64,000 nucleotides of DNA from the NCBI GenBank assembly GCA_963676915.2, contig CAXXVK010000073.1, forward strand, positions 1 through 64,000, read 5' to 3'. Numbering within the stretch: the first letter of the stretch is position 1; each line of letters opens with the position of its first letter. The translations under genes and the position numbers were made by a program. This stretch comes from Myxococcota bacterium (GTDB lineage Bacteria; Myxococcota_A; SURF-8; G963663525). This document shows, in pieces, positions 1 through 9,798 of the stretch. The notes under the pieces are model-generated. The model made no database searches. It saw only the letters and a list, made by a program, of their open reading frames with translations, and was not told the DNA's origin.

Positions 1-51
1 GAAGATGAAATAACAGGACTTTCGCGACCTTCAACAAATCGGAGTCGTTCG

Positions 52-3030
52 ATGACCCTGCTAGTTTCATTGTTTTTCTTTATATCGGGATTTACCGGCC
101 TTGTACTCGAAGTCGTCTGGCTGCGTCAGTTACAATTGATCTTCGGAGCTACGACACTGGCCGTCGGCACTGTGACGGGTTCGTTTTTAGGGGGATTGGG
201 ACTGGGATCGTTGATTTCCAGCCGACTGTCGGATCGTCTTCCGAAAAAACTGATGATGTACGCGGGCTTGGAAGCGATGATCGGCGTATCCGCCTTGACG
301 ATGCCGTTCGTCCTCGCCAGCCTCGGACAATTTCAGCATCAATGGAGCGGTGGTCTGCTGTATCACGCGTGGGTTTATTCCTCGATGCGCTTTCTCGCGG
401 TTTTTGCCGCTTTGGCGCTACCCACGGCTTGCATGGGTGCGACACTTCCGCTTTTGCTGTCGGCAACAACCCAGCGCTTCGATTCGATCGGCAGACAGGC
501 GGGATTGCTGTATGGAATCAATACGTTGGGTGGAATGACTGGTGCGCTGGTTGCCGGTTTTTATTTTCTACCCAACCTCGGAATCGACGCCACGACGCAT
601 TTGGCTTCGATGATCTGCTTCGGCGTGGCCATCGGAATGGCGGCAACGAGCTGGATACTCAAACCAGAGAAAAACACAAAAAAAACTGAAACTCCGCCCC
701 CTCCAGGAAAACGTCCTTTGCGTCCTTATCGCTTGCTGGGACTGTTCCTGTTGCTGCAAGGCATGGTCGGGATGAGCCTCCAGATTTCCATGACTCGCGT
801 AGTCGGCATGGTTCTGGGTTCGAGCGTCTATTCTTTTTCTCTGGTCGTGGTGATTTTCCTGTTGGGTATTGCGTTGGGGAGCCTGCTGTATTCTACGGTT
901 TTAAGGGAACGTTTCGACCCGTATCGGCTGCTATCGTTCTGTTTGGGGTTGTTTTTTACAGGAACGCTTCTGGCGGTATGGCTTGCGGACGATCTTCCCG
1001 GACTGCTGCTGTTCGCCACCAAAGAAGGTTGGATCACTCCGGTCTGGCTGCACCCCGTACACGCGGCGGTTATCGCTCTCGTACTTCTGTTACCGTGCAC
1101 GAGCCTCGGCATTTCTTTTCCTTTGGCGCTTAAATTATTCTCAGGACGTCTGGACGAGGTGGGAAAATCGAGCGGCTTCGGGATGTTTCTCAATACGGTG
1201 GGTTCGATCTTAGGTAGTTTTCTCGCCGCCTTCGTACTGGTTCCCAAGGTTGGTTTGGCTCATACGATGATCATCGCGGCAGTATTCGCCCTGGGACTGG
1301 CGTTTCTGTTTTCCATGGTACAGGGAAGTTTTCTCGTTCCCGCTCGTGCGCTAAAAGCTTTGCCATGGGTCATCCTCGCGACCATCGCCTTGGCGTTGTT
1401 ACCTTCGTGGGAACCCTCGAAGCTCGCGGCCGGATATTTTCGCGTAGCGGTCGCCGAGCAGCTTTCGAAAAACCCAAAAAGTCTACCCAAAGCCCGAATT
1501 CTCTACCACAGAGACGGACCAAGCGCGACGGTCACTCTGGAAAAGCACGGTGAAATTCTTACGATGAAGGCCAACGGCCGTCCGGAAGCATCCAACCGTT
1601 ACGATATGCCGACCCAGATTCTGGCCGGACTGTTTCCGATCCTGACTCACCCACAAGAAAAAGGGGTGGATGCCGCATTGATCGGCTACGGTTCCGGCAT
1701 CACCGCCGGTGCCATGCTGCAAAGCGACATCGAAAAACTGCTGGTGGTAGAACTGGAACCTCGTATCGTCGAAGCGGCGGCCTTTTTCGACGATCTCAAT
1801 CACCGCCCGCTGGTCGATCCCCGAACGACAATGGTTCAAGGGGATGCCCGTACCGTGTTGGGATACTGGCCGGGACGCTTCGACGTGATCGTTTCCGAAC
1901 CGTCCAATCCCTGGGTTGCCGGATCGGGCGGATTATTCACGCAGGATTTCTATCAAATGATGCGTGGAAAACTCAAACCTCGCGGCATCTACGCACAGTG
2001 GGTGCAACTGTACGAAATTTCCCCAGAAAACCTAGCGTGCGTCCTCAGAACGTTTCGCACGGTCTTTCCCCACGTTCAGGTCTTGGCTACATACGAACGA
2101 GGCGTAGACCTCGTGCTGCTAGGTTCCGAGAACGAAATCTTTTTCGATCTTTCCACCATGCGACGAAAAGTCACCGGACGAACACTCGACGAATTGAAGA
2201 GAGCCGGGATTTCTTCAGCCGAAGGCGTCGCCGCCATGCTGCAAATCCCTGAAAACGACCTGGACGCTTACATCGGCGACGGACCGATCAATACGGACGA
2301 CAACGGACGAATCGAGTTTTCCGGTCCTATGGATGCTATGCGCCACAGCCAGTTTTTACAACGAGTCATCGCCTTTCATTTCGATACCGACAAGCTTTCG
2401 ATTCTGCCAACACTTTCCGGTTTGGGTGAAACACCGAAAGATCGTGCCAAAACCCTTTCGGCGGTAGCATTACAACTTCTGCTTCGTGGACGAGCGGGAA
2501 CCGCCTACGATGTCGCTGAAGCCGCCCTTGGGCACGCCGAAAACCAAACGGCTACGGAAGTTATGGAAGTGGCGGAATGGATTTACATCGAGCCGGAAAA
2601 ATGGCCACCGGTGCCGGAAGGCTGGTTGGTGGAAGAACAGGGAGAAAACCCGACCGCCATGGCGCTGGTTCTTGCCCTTGTAAGCAAGCAGTGGGAAGAA
2701 GCGGATAAACTCGCCTCCGAGCTGGACAATCAACTTAACGATAAAAGATTGACCTGGTTGCGAGGCGCACTGGACCTTCGATTCAATCGCTTCAAACAAG
2801 CCATCGATCGGCTCGAACCTTTATCGTCCAATCGATCTTTTGCAATTCGCTTCGGCGCTGTCGATTTCTACCTGGGACGAGCCTACGACCGCGACCTTCA
2901 ACCTCGCAAAGCTCTCAAAGCGTTGGCGACGTTCAACAACTGGGCAAAATCACACAGAGAACTCGTCGAGCCTGTCGAAACCGAAGTCATGCAAGAAGAA
3001 GAGGTCATTCAGGAAGAAGTAGAACAATAG
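52..3030 (+). CDS. Fused membrane transporter-like / spermidine synthase-family protein with C-terminal TPR-like region
   Basis: 992 aa: many N-terminal TM helices (SGFTGLVLEVVW, LYGINTLGG), then a SAM-binding aminopropyltransferase domain (IGYGSGIT, VELEP, DAR, DVIVSEPSNPW, NTDDN) and a helical tail. Confidence 0.85.
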   Translation: MTLLVSLFFFISGFTGLVLEVVWLRQLQLIFGATTLAVGTVTGSFLGGLGLGSLISSRLSDRLPKKLMMYAGLEAMIGVSALTMPFVLASLGQFQHQWSGGLLYHAWVYSSMRFLAVFAALALPTACMGATLPLLLSATTQRFDSIGRQAGLLYGINTLGGMTGALVAGFYFLPNLGIDATTHLASMICFGVAIGMAATSWILKPEKNTKKTETPPPPGKRPLRPYRLLGLFLLLQGMVGMSLQISMTRVVGMVLGSSVYSFSLVVVIFLLGIALGSLLYSTVLRERFDPYRLLSFCLGLFFTGTLLAVWLADDLPGLLLFATKEGWITPVWLHPVHAAVIALVLLLPCTSLGISFPLALKLFSGRLDEVGKSSGFGMFLNTVGSILGSFLAAFVLVPKVGLAHTMIIAAVFALGLAFLFSMVQGSFLVPARALKALPWVILATIALALLPSWEPSKLAAGYFRVAVAEQLSKNPKSLPKARILYHRDGPSATVTLEKHGEILTMKANGRPEASNRYDMPTQILAGLFPILTHPQEKGVDAALIGYGSGITAGAMLQSDIEKLLVVELEPRIVEAAAFFDDLNHRPLVDPRTTMVQGDARTVLGYWPGRFDVIVSEPSNPWVAGSGGLFTQDFYQMMRGKLKPRGIYAQWVQLYEISPENLACVLRTFRTVFPHVQVLATYERGVDLVLLGSENEIFFDLSTMRRKVTGRTLDELKRAGISSAEGVAAMLQIPENDLDAYIGDGPINTDDNGRIEFSGPMDAMRHSQFLQRVIAFHFDTDKLSILPTLSGLGETPKDRAKTLSAVALQLLLRGRAGTAYDVAEAALGHAENQTATEVMEVAEWIYIEPEKWPPVPEGWLVEEQGENPTAMALVLALVSKQWEEADKLASELDNQLNDKRLTWLRGALDLRFNRFKQAIDRLEPLSSNRSFAIRFGAVDFYLGRAYDRDLQPRKALKALATFNNWAKSHRELVEPVETEVMQEEEVIQEEVEQ

Positions 3031-3034
3031 ATTA

Positions 3035-3063
3035 TTGACAAGCTTGTCGTCATTTGTCATCTT
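3035..3063 (+). promoter_or_regulatory. Putative sigma70 promoter (TTGACA-17 bp-CATCTT with upstream TG) overlapped by the 12-bp palindrome GACAAGCTTGTC
   Basis: Perfect -35 at 3035-3040, 17-bp spacer, TGn extended -10 at 3055-3063, palindrome at 3037-3048, upstream of the 3155 CDS. Confidence 0.45.
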
Positions 3064-3154
3064 CAAAGAAGTATTTGTCGAAACAAACAGGGACAACCTG
3101 CCACTTTCAATGGCTTGAAATATTTAAAGCCTTGAGAATTAGAGGAGAAAACTC

Positions 3155-3616
3155 ATGTCGTTTCTTCCTTATCTGAAACGAATCAATCTTTTCCAGGGAA
3201 TGACCGACGAGCAACTGGCCATCCTGGAACAATCCGGTCATACCGTCGATTTTTCCGAAGGCGACGTTGTTTTCTCGGAGCATTCCACAGGCCAGGAAAT
3301 GTTCTTCGTCCTGGAAGGTCGTGTCGAGATCCTTGTAAACATGAACGAGGAATCCGACGAAGAAAACGCCCCGATTCACACCAATCGTCCCGGTGAAGTC
3401 TTCGGCGAATTTTCCTTCATCGATGGCGGGGAACGGTCTGCCACGGCTCAGGTCATCGAACACGCACTGGTATTCGTATTATCCCGCGATGGTCTGGAAA
3501 AAGCCGCTTCGGTCGATCCTTACATCGGTTACATTCTGATGTACAACCTTTCGGCCACCCTCGTTCAGAGAATTCGTATGACGACGTGGGAATTGCGCGC
3601 AAGCATGATGTACTAG
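3155..3616 (+). CDS. Stand-alone cyclic-nucleotide-binding domain protein (no HTH)
   Basis: LFQGM..., MFFVLEGRV, PGEVFGEFSFIDGGERSATA cNMP phosphate-binding cassette; GAGGAG RBS upstream. Confidence 0.85.
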   Translation: MSFLPYLKRINLFQGMTDEQLAILEQSGHTVDFSEGDVVFSEHSTGQEMFFVLEGRVEILVNMNEESDEENAPIHTNRPGEVFGEFSFIDGGERSATAQVIEHALVFVLSRDGLEKAASVDPYIGYILMYNLSATLVQRIRMTTWELRASMMY

Positions 3617-3625
3617 AGGCTGGCT

Positions 3626-3868
3626 CTATGGATCGTTACCCGAAGGTTTGCACAACCTATCGATGATTCTATCCTGCTTGTCTTCGATACGTTTCAAGCG
3701 CGTCACCAGCAATTCTTTTACATGGCATATTTCACGATCCGTGTACTGATTGGCTTGCCCTAGAGTGGTGGAATATGCGCCGTATGCCACCCCTCCCAAG
3801 GTACTCAGGGAAATCAGAATCGCGATGATCTGCGCCCAGAGGTTGTTTTTTAGTCCACGCATGGTCAT
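3626..3868 (-). CDS. Small single-TM plus coiled-coil protein, holin/XhlA-like
   Basis: ~80 aa; one TM (WAQIIAILISLSTLGGVAYGAY) then RLKRIEDKQDRIIDRL; last gene of the virion cluster. Confidence 0.5.
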   Translation of the reverse strand: MTMRGLKNNLWAQIIAILISLSTLGGVAYGAYSTTLGQANQYTDREICHVKELLVTRLKRIEDKQDRIIDRLCKPSGNDP

Positions 3869-3902
3869 CCTTTCCACGAAAAACACGACAACGTTTTCAT
3901 AA

Positions 3903-4649
3903 TCAGTAGCTGGTCAAAGCCAGCGATGCGTACCCGTGACCGGCAATGGAATCGCTGATTCGAATCACGGTATCGGCCGGTAATGAAGCTTCCAATCCCC
4001 ACCACAGATAGCGAACCGTTCCGTCAATCAACGCTCGCCTCCCCACACCGGGAATCTCGAAAAGATCGCAGCATAGATCGTAATCGGCATAAGATGTGGA
4101 GGTTAGGTCCAACTCCTGTGTAAACATCAACGGATCATCCGGGTTGTAACAGACCCCCAGGCGCAGCTTGGCGGTCTGACTACCCGAAACATGCATTGCG
4201 GTGATACGAGTACGTAAAAAACGAGTCAAAACACCGCGAAGAAACACAAAATTCACCCGGCTTTCTGCCGCGTTCCAACCATGTCCATCCGGCGGTTCGT
4301 GTCCCCAGGCCAAACGATGCTCTTTGAGGAAAATCGGATAATTCCCAGCGGGGTCGCCCGTCAATTCCACGGGTGTGAATGAAGTAGGCGATGTTTCCCC
4401 GATCCATCCCCGGCGAAGGTTCTGAATCACATGCACGGCTGCTCCCATTTCCGAATCTCCGTCCGAACCGCTGTGATCGTGACCGGGAACCACGGACGTA
4501 AGGTTGTTTTCATTTCCGGGAGGAGGCTCGTCCATGATTTTCGCATAAAGCCAATCGAGGTTATCCCTCCAGGCTATCGCCAAGTCTGCTGAAACGGGAG
4601 CACCGGTAAGGAAAGCCCCATTGGGTTGTGGAATGAAACAAACAGGCAT
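3903..4649 (-). CDS. Putative tail spike/fibre protein, GHDH paralogue C
   Basis: 248 aa from MPVCFIP; N-terminal F..P..W.DN..LY..PG..GHDH module followed by a beta-rich region. Confidence 0.55.
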   Translation of the reverse strand: MPVCFIPQPNGAFLTGAPVSADLAIAWRDNLDWLYAKIMDEPPPGNENNLTSVVPGHDHSGSDGDSEMGAAVHVIQNLRRGWIGETSPTSFTPVELTGDPAGNYPIFLKEHRLAWGHEPPDGHGWNAAESRVNFVFLRGVLTRFLRTRITAMHVSGSQTAKLRLGVCYNPDDPLMFTQELDLTSTSYADYDLCCDLFEIPGVGRRALIDGTVRYLWWGLEASLPADTVIRISDSIAGHGYASLALTSY

Positions 4650-4651
4650 AA

Positions 4652-5761
4652 CTACACCTCCACCGTGGCATATACCGGCAACGGAGCGCCGGAAGACAAT
4701 CCCTGGCACCAAATCGCCACGTTGTGGCTATGAATCGGACGATCCGTATAAGGCCAATACGAATGATTGAACTGAAACCGGACACTGAACCTTCGAGGTC
4801 CGGAAGACATTCCCCTAACATCGAACTGCAACCGCTGGTAACCGGGATTGTGCAAGGTAGAACGGCCCCAAGGAAGTTCGCAAGTCGGTCCACTTGAAGT
4901 AGAATCGATATCGTATAACCAGATTTTGTACGCCCAGCGGGCAGCCATGGGAATGGTGAAAGATTCCAGTTCGTTGACACCGGCTTCTCCTTCACGGGAA
5001 TCCTGCTGATCGAACACTGTGTAAGCCGGGAGATATACGTTGAGCAAACGCGCATTGGCAGGCAACACAACCATCAACGTTTCCAGGGCAAGAGAAGGTT
5101 CCCAGCGGTGCAAATAGGCATTTTTATCGGACAAAATCGTTTGCCCCAACCCCGTAATCAGTTTGGCTGCCGTCGCGTAATCCGTAGCATTGACCGGGGA
5201 AGGATAGCGCCAACTCCGAACGAGATAGCGTCCTTCATTACCACCGGCATCCTGCAACGTAATCCAACGATATCCTGCAACTTCGTCTCGAAGATCTTCG
5301 TTCGCCCAAAATCCTTGATCTTCCGTCTTAAGAGCCACGAAAAACCGTCCTAGGCTTGACGACGATGCCTCGCCCGTCCAGTTCGTCAACCCTGAATGGA
5401 TCGTATTGAGGCAACTCGGTCGAAATCGACGATAAAACGCCATTTCCCCAACCAACTCGTCCGATGTGGAATAATCACTCTCGGTCTTTAAAGTAGAGCA
5501 ATAAAACGGATACGTGGAATAACCGAGAAACTGGACGACAGGCCAGGGAATCTTAGCTCCACCATGTTCGGCGTGATCGTGCCCTTGTAACGTACCGCTT
5601 CCACCCGGAACATCCAGATCGCTCGCGAGTTTGTGAAGCACATTGACGTTTTCGGCCATCTGCACCAAACCATCATCGGCCACATGCGGTCCTTGAATCG
5701 GTTTTCCCTCGGTCCATTCCGTAGGAGAGATGGATTTGAAGCTGGTATCGGATACTCCCAT
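4652..5761 (-). CDS. Putative tail spike/fibre protein, GHDH paralogue B
   Basis: 369 aa from MGVSDTSF; start overlaps the upstream stop (TAATG); QMAENVNVLH..VPG..GHDH. Confidence 0.55.
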   Translation of the reverse strand: MGVSDTSFKSISPTEWTEGKPIQGPHVADDGLVQMAENVNVLHKLASDLDVPGGSGTLQGHDHAEHGGAKIPWPVVQFLGYSTYPFYCSTLKTESDYSTSDELVGEMAFYRRFRPSCLNTIHSGLTNWTGEASSSSLGRFFVALKTEDQGFWANEDLRDEVAGYRWITLQDAGGNEGRYLVRSWRYPSPVNATDYATAAKLITGLGQTILSDKNAYLHRWEPSLALETLMVVLPANARLLNVYLPAYTVFDQQDSREGEAGVNELESFTIPMAARWAYKIWLYDIDSTSSGPTCELPWGRSTLHNPGYQRLQFDVRGMSSGPRRFSVRFQFNHSYWPYTDRPIHSHNVAIWCQGLSSGAPLPVYATVEV

Positions 5762-6732
5762 TACAATTCTCCCCATGCCGTGGAATTGAACGAATCGCCA
5801 TTCACTGCGGTATGTTCAGCCGAAGCATCGCGAAATTCGATATTGTCACTCGCGTCCGTCACCCAACCCATCAACCGAAGATTCAACCAGCCATCCGCCG
5901 TGGAGTGGTCGGGAATCCGATACAGTTGTGCGGTTGAAGAACTTTCGCCGTTGAGGATGGACGCACCGGGAATTTGTATATCAAGCCGGGTTGTATCGTT
6001 TCCGCTTTCGACGACATTTTCCACCTGCCAGGTTCCGTTGTTGGCAACCACAGCGCTGCCGGCAACGGTTACCCACTGCCCGACCGCAAACGTTCCTGCC
6101 TTGGGAACGGTATCAAACGTCAACGACACATTGTTTCCTGATAAATATGAAATCGTAGCAATGTCGAGTGGATCGAAATTGAATTCAATTGTATCCCAGG
6201 ATATATAGGCGCTGTCCGCTGTCCGAATATCGGCGGCAACGGGAACATCCCCCTGATACAACCGCAACGCTGCAAAGGTTTCCCGTCCGTCATCGACTTT
6301 GACTTGAACCTGAACGCGATAGGTCAAATTGGAAAGATTCCGGCTCCAGTAGATCGCCGGATGCGGGCTTACCAAGCGGACGCTCTCGGTTTCCGTGGTA
6401 CCGGGCGAACCCGTCGCACAAACGGTCCAGTCCACAAGGTCGTTTTCCCAGTTGCCTTCCCCAATTAATGTAATTGTCTGTTTGTCGAGAAAGGGCAACC
6501 CCAAAGGCTGAATTCTTGATAGAGGCACGGAATTCTCGCCGGAACGCGAATGGTCGTGACCTGAAACCGACACGACATCGTTACCTGGCACAGGACTGCC
6601 CGTCACGTGCTCGTATAAGCCTTGCATTCGTGCTGTGCTTCGATGAGCGCTCCATGAGCACAAAGGAAAATCACTGGAAAACTCTTCCTCGAAAAGAGGA
6701 GAAAAAGGCAGTGGCACAAGATTGGAAATCAT
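5761..6732 (-). CDS. Putative tail spike/fibre protein, GHDH paralogue A
   Basis: 323 aa; LYEHVTGSPVPG..GHDH; internal GQWVTVAG..NNGTWQV beta-barrel insert of a kind common in virion proteins. Confidence 0.55.
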   Translation of the reverse strand: MISNLVPLPFSPLFEEEFSSDFPLCSWSAHRSTARMQGLYEHVTGSPVPGNDVVSVSGHDHSRSGENSVPLSRIQPLGLPFLDKQTITLIGEGNWENDLVDWTVCATGSPGTTETESVRLVSPHPAIYWSRNLSNLTYRVQVQVKVDDGRETFAALRLYQGDVPVAADIRTADSAYISWDTIEFNFDPLDIATISYLSGNNVSLTFDTVPKAGTFAVGQWVTVAGSAVVANNGTWQVENVVESGNDTTRLDIQIPGASILNGESSSTAQLYRIPDHSTADGWLNLRLMGWVTDASDNIEFRDASAEHTAVNGDSFNSTAWGEL

Positions 6733-6743
6733 GAATCACCTCG

Positions 6744-9700
6744 TCAGATCGTGTAGAGGAACGCCGGATCGTCTTCCGAGCCGAGTTTTGCGTATTCGTC
6801 GGCATTGAATACAAGTTGTTTCAATGTTGCATACGACGCGTGATCGTCGTAGACAGACGGCACCAGGACATCCCCGGACTCCGGTAGAACCGGATTTCCA
6901 CTCTCATCCTGCATCGACCAATTACCCATCGTCGCTTCAGTGAAGTTTTCACTTTCGAACCTCAACGAAACGAGGCTATCGCTTGTATCCACCGAATAAA
7001 CAGTCAGTTTACGGGTTCGAAGGAACGTGCCGCTTTCCAAATCAGAGGTTTTGACAAGATATAAACTAGCCCCAGTCCGGATCAGTGACCCGATCTGCTC
7101 CAGGTTTTCGAGATGCTTCGTCGAAACGATTTCGATTTCTCGCACCGTGGGATCATAAGAGTCCACGACACAGGAAAAATTCCATCCCGCCCCCGTTATT
7201 CCTTCAAGCAATCGAATTCTTGCCGTTCGACTCGACAGGTTTTTTTCGATTTCGGAGACGAACCAATGGGTAATCGATGGATCGATTCCCATTTTTCCTC
7301 GACCAACGGGCAACGGTGGGAAATCCAACGTTATGCGATCGAACAAAGCAAGGCGGGAGGCCACGCTCCATGTCGTCTCCAATTCTATCTCGGTTCGAGG
7401 TCGGGAAAAGGCAAAGAGGATTTTTCGGGCCAGGCGATACACATGCATCAATGCTTCAGAAGGACTCAGGCAATCGAGCGAATATTCCAGGTTTTCTTTG
7501 ATTGCACGCGTCAAGCGATTGTTGCGGTTGCTATCATCACGCAACAATAAGCGGCTTTTGTCACCACCTTTTTTCCCCCATTGCATCGATACGGAACCGA
7601 TCGTATCTCCTTCCACATACGATACGACAGGAGGAGACGTTACGGAACCGGCGCTGAAGGAATACTCCGGTGTTTCGTGACGCAACAACGGCTGAACTGT
7701 GCGAAGGCAAAGTTTTCCTTCCGCATCGGTAGCCATCCAGACAAAAAATCCACGACATATATCGCAGGCCAGTTCGAAAGTGCTTTCGTCGTCGCTGGCC
7801 CAGCGGTCGTATGCATTCATTGGAGACAACAGCCTCCCGGCTTCGGTCTGACAGGATAGCTCGGCAACGGAATCGGGGAGGTCGAAAGCATCCAGCAGTT
7901 CTTGCAAATCATCCAGAGGATTCATACCTCCGCGCCATGTTTCACTTACTTGCGTTCCGATTCCATGGAAAAACGTCTTTCCTCCAAGACCTCTTTCCAA
8001 TCCGTACAAAGCATCAAGATGGATTTTGTCTACATCAGTACCCTGAACGTGCGCCGTAGCCTCGGATCCCATCGCCGCTCTTGTGCAATGTTGGAAAATC
8101 GCGATATTTCCCATCTCCAAGCGCGAGTTGCTGAGAATGATGTACTCGTTTTCGATTTTTACGAGATTTCCGGAGTTAAACGACGCACCGTCTTCCAAAA
8201 TCACGGTCGATACTCCCGCATCGGAAAGCGCACGAACCAGAGTCGTCGATGCAAACACATCCTGTTGGGAGCCTCTACGACGATACCGAACAAGCTCCTC
8301 ACCGATCAAGGCATATCCCGGACCTTCCGAGAAGCTTGCAGCTCCGCTGTTGGGATCTTCAGCGAAAGGAGCCAACAACGCAATGTAATCCGTCTTACCA
8401 AACCCGCAACAGTCAACAAGTGCATCGGAGGCTTCCAACGTTGTCAGGGTATCGAGATCGAATTCAATTTCTCTGTCGAACCCCAGTCTTTCGAGCAGGC
8501 TACTTTCGTAAATCTGCGAATCTTCTCGGTCTTCACGATAGGGGTCTGCACGATTTGTGGATTTCAATACAACGTGAATGTTTTGAAAGATGGGGCGGTC
8601 TGCCTGAAACGATAACCACACGTTGCCATTTCGAATTCCCCCGGCGACACTGCAACCCGAAAAATTTTCATCCAAACCTCGAGCCAGCGATGTAACAATG
8701 TTTCGATCCGTCCCGAGAGAGGATTCGTGAATATCGTAAAACCCGCTCGGTATCACGACAGGAATGAAATTGAAATTATACGTTTGCCCACCAAAAGTCT
8801 CCGTGGTCAAATTCAGGTAAACTCGATCGTTTGCTTGCCATTCTCCATTCACGAATCGGTTGTCTATCCACACGGCATCTGCAAGCTGCGCCGTTCCACG
8901 GTTGCGATTTACAGGCGTATCCAACATGGCCAGCAGCGATTGAGCCTCCAACGCAACGCTTGTCGCACTTTCAGGCTCGACACGCACAAGGACGCCACTC
9001 CAAACGATGCTACCCCCTTCCCGGATCTGTATCACACGACCCGCAAGAAACGGATTGCCCGAAAAAACCTTGGTGCTTTCCGTATGATCGTTCGACTTTG
9101 TAAAGCACGCTCCTCGCGTACAGGAAGAAAAGACATTCCCCGTTTGATCCCCGAGAACAACGCATTCACTTCCAAGAAAGATTTTCTGTCCAGTCTCGAA
9201 TCCGTTGCTGTCGCCCAACTCGATTTCGGTATCTTCCGGCCCGAGCGCCTGAACCAGCAGTGTCGAGGTTCGATCCATGCCATACAAATCGAATTCTTCG
9301 GTCCACCGATGGTTCAAATCCACGAGGTACAACGTCATACCGTCGAGATCGGTTTTGCCCTCTTTCAAATTGACCCGTTGTGAAAACGATTCGCTGGACC
9401 GTTCGATATCCAGATAACGCGAAGGAATACTTCCCACGCCTTCTACTTCGATTTCGATCTGATGAGGATTCCAGAAACGTCCGACAGACAGGTTGAAATC
9501 GGCATCGACAACAGCGGCATCACAAACCAAGCGGTACACACGATCGTGAATCTGGTGTGAAACCCGCACATCGATGGCTATAATCTCAAGGGGTTTTCCC
9601 GGTTTTGTAACGAATGTCACCGAAAGCGGAATTTCATCCTCGCAGGATAGCCATTGGGCCGAGTCCGAATAGTATTCCAATTGCCAGTGCGACAGATCGG

Positions 9701-9797
9701 TAAGCGATACGATTTGGTTCCTCGGCACGGATTCGTCGAGTTCGATCCTCCATTTCATGCCGATGGCAATAGTTCTGGATCTGAATCTACATGTCAT
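6744..9797 (-). CDS. Baseplate hub / tail-tip (Tal-like) protein
   Basis: 1017 aa after the Dit-like genes; hub-like segments (WSGVLVRVE, FFVWMATDAEGKL, FDRITLDFP) and repeated RG...H..GT.V modules. Confidence 0.6.
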   Translation of the reverse strand: MTCRFRSRTIAIGMKWRIELDESVPRNQIVSLTDLSHWQLEYYSDSAQWLSCEDEIPLSVTFVTKPGKPLEIIAIDVRVSHQIHDRVYRLVCDAAVVDADFNLSVGRFWNPHQIEIEVEGVGSIPSRYLDIERSSESFSQRVNLKEGKTDLDGMTLYLVDLNHRWTEEFDLYGMDRTSTLLVQALGPEDTEIELGDSNGFETGQKIFLGSECVVLGDQTGNVFSSCTRGACFTKSNDHTESTKVFSGNPFLAGRVIQIREGGSIVWSGVLVRVEPESATSVALEAQSLLAMLDTPVNRNRGTAQLADAVWIDNRFVNGEWQANDRVYLNLTTETFGGQTYNFNFIPVVIPSGFYDIHESSLGTDRNIVTSLARGLDENFSGCSVAGGIRNGNVWLSFQADRPIFQNIHVVLKSTNRADPYREDREDSQIYESSLLERLGFDREIEFDLDTLTTLEASDALVDCCGFGKTDYIALLAPFAEDPNSGAASFSEGPGYALIGEELVRYRRRGSQQDVFASTTLVRALSDAGVSTVILEDGASFNSGNLVKIENEYIILSNSRLEMGNIAIFQHCTRAAMGSEATAHVQGTDVDKIHLDALYGLERGLGGKTFFHGIGTQVSETWRGGMNPLDDLQELLDAFDLPDSVAELSCQTEAGRLLSPMNAYDRWASDDESTFELACDICRGFFVWMATDAEGKLCLRTVQPLLRHETPEYSFSAGSVTSPPVVSYVEGDTIGSVSMQWGKKGGDKSRLLLRDDSNRNNRLTRAIKENLEYSLDCLSPSEALMHVYRLARKILFAFSRPRTEIELETTWSVASRLALFDRITLDFPPLPVGRGKMGIDPSITHWFVSEIEKNLSSRTARIRLLEGITGAGWNFSCVVDSYDPTVREIEIVSTKHLENLEQIGSLIRTGASLYLVKTSDLESGTFLRTRKLTVYSVDTSDSLVSLRFESENFTEATMGNWSMQDESGNPVLPESGDVLVPSVYDDHASYATLKQLVFNADEYAKLGSEDDPAFLYTI

Positions 9798-9798
9798 T

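Noticed and set aside
3860-3868. Lambda S-like dual-start motif (Met-Thr-Met) in the holin-like gene
   Set aside because: The intervening residue is not basic and the holin assignment itself is tentative.
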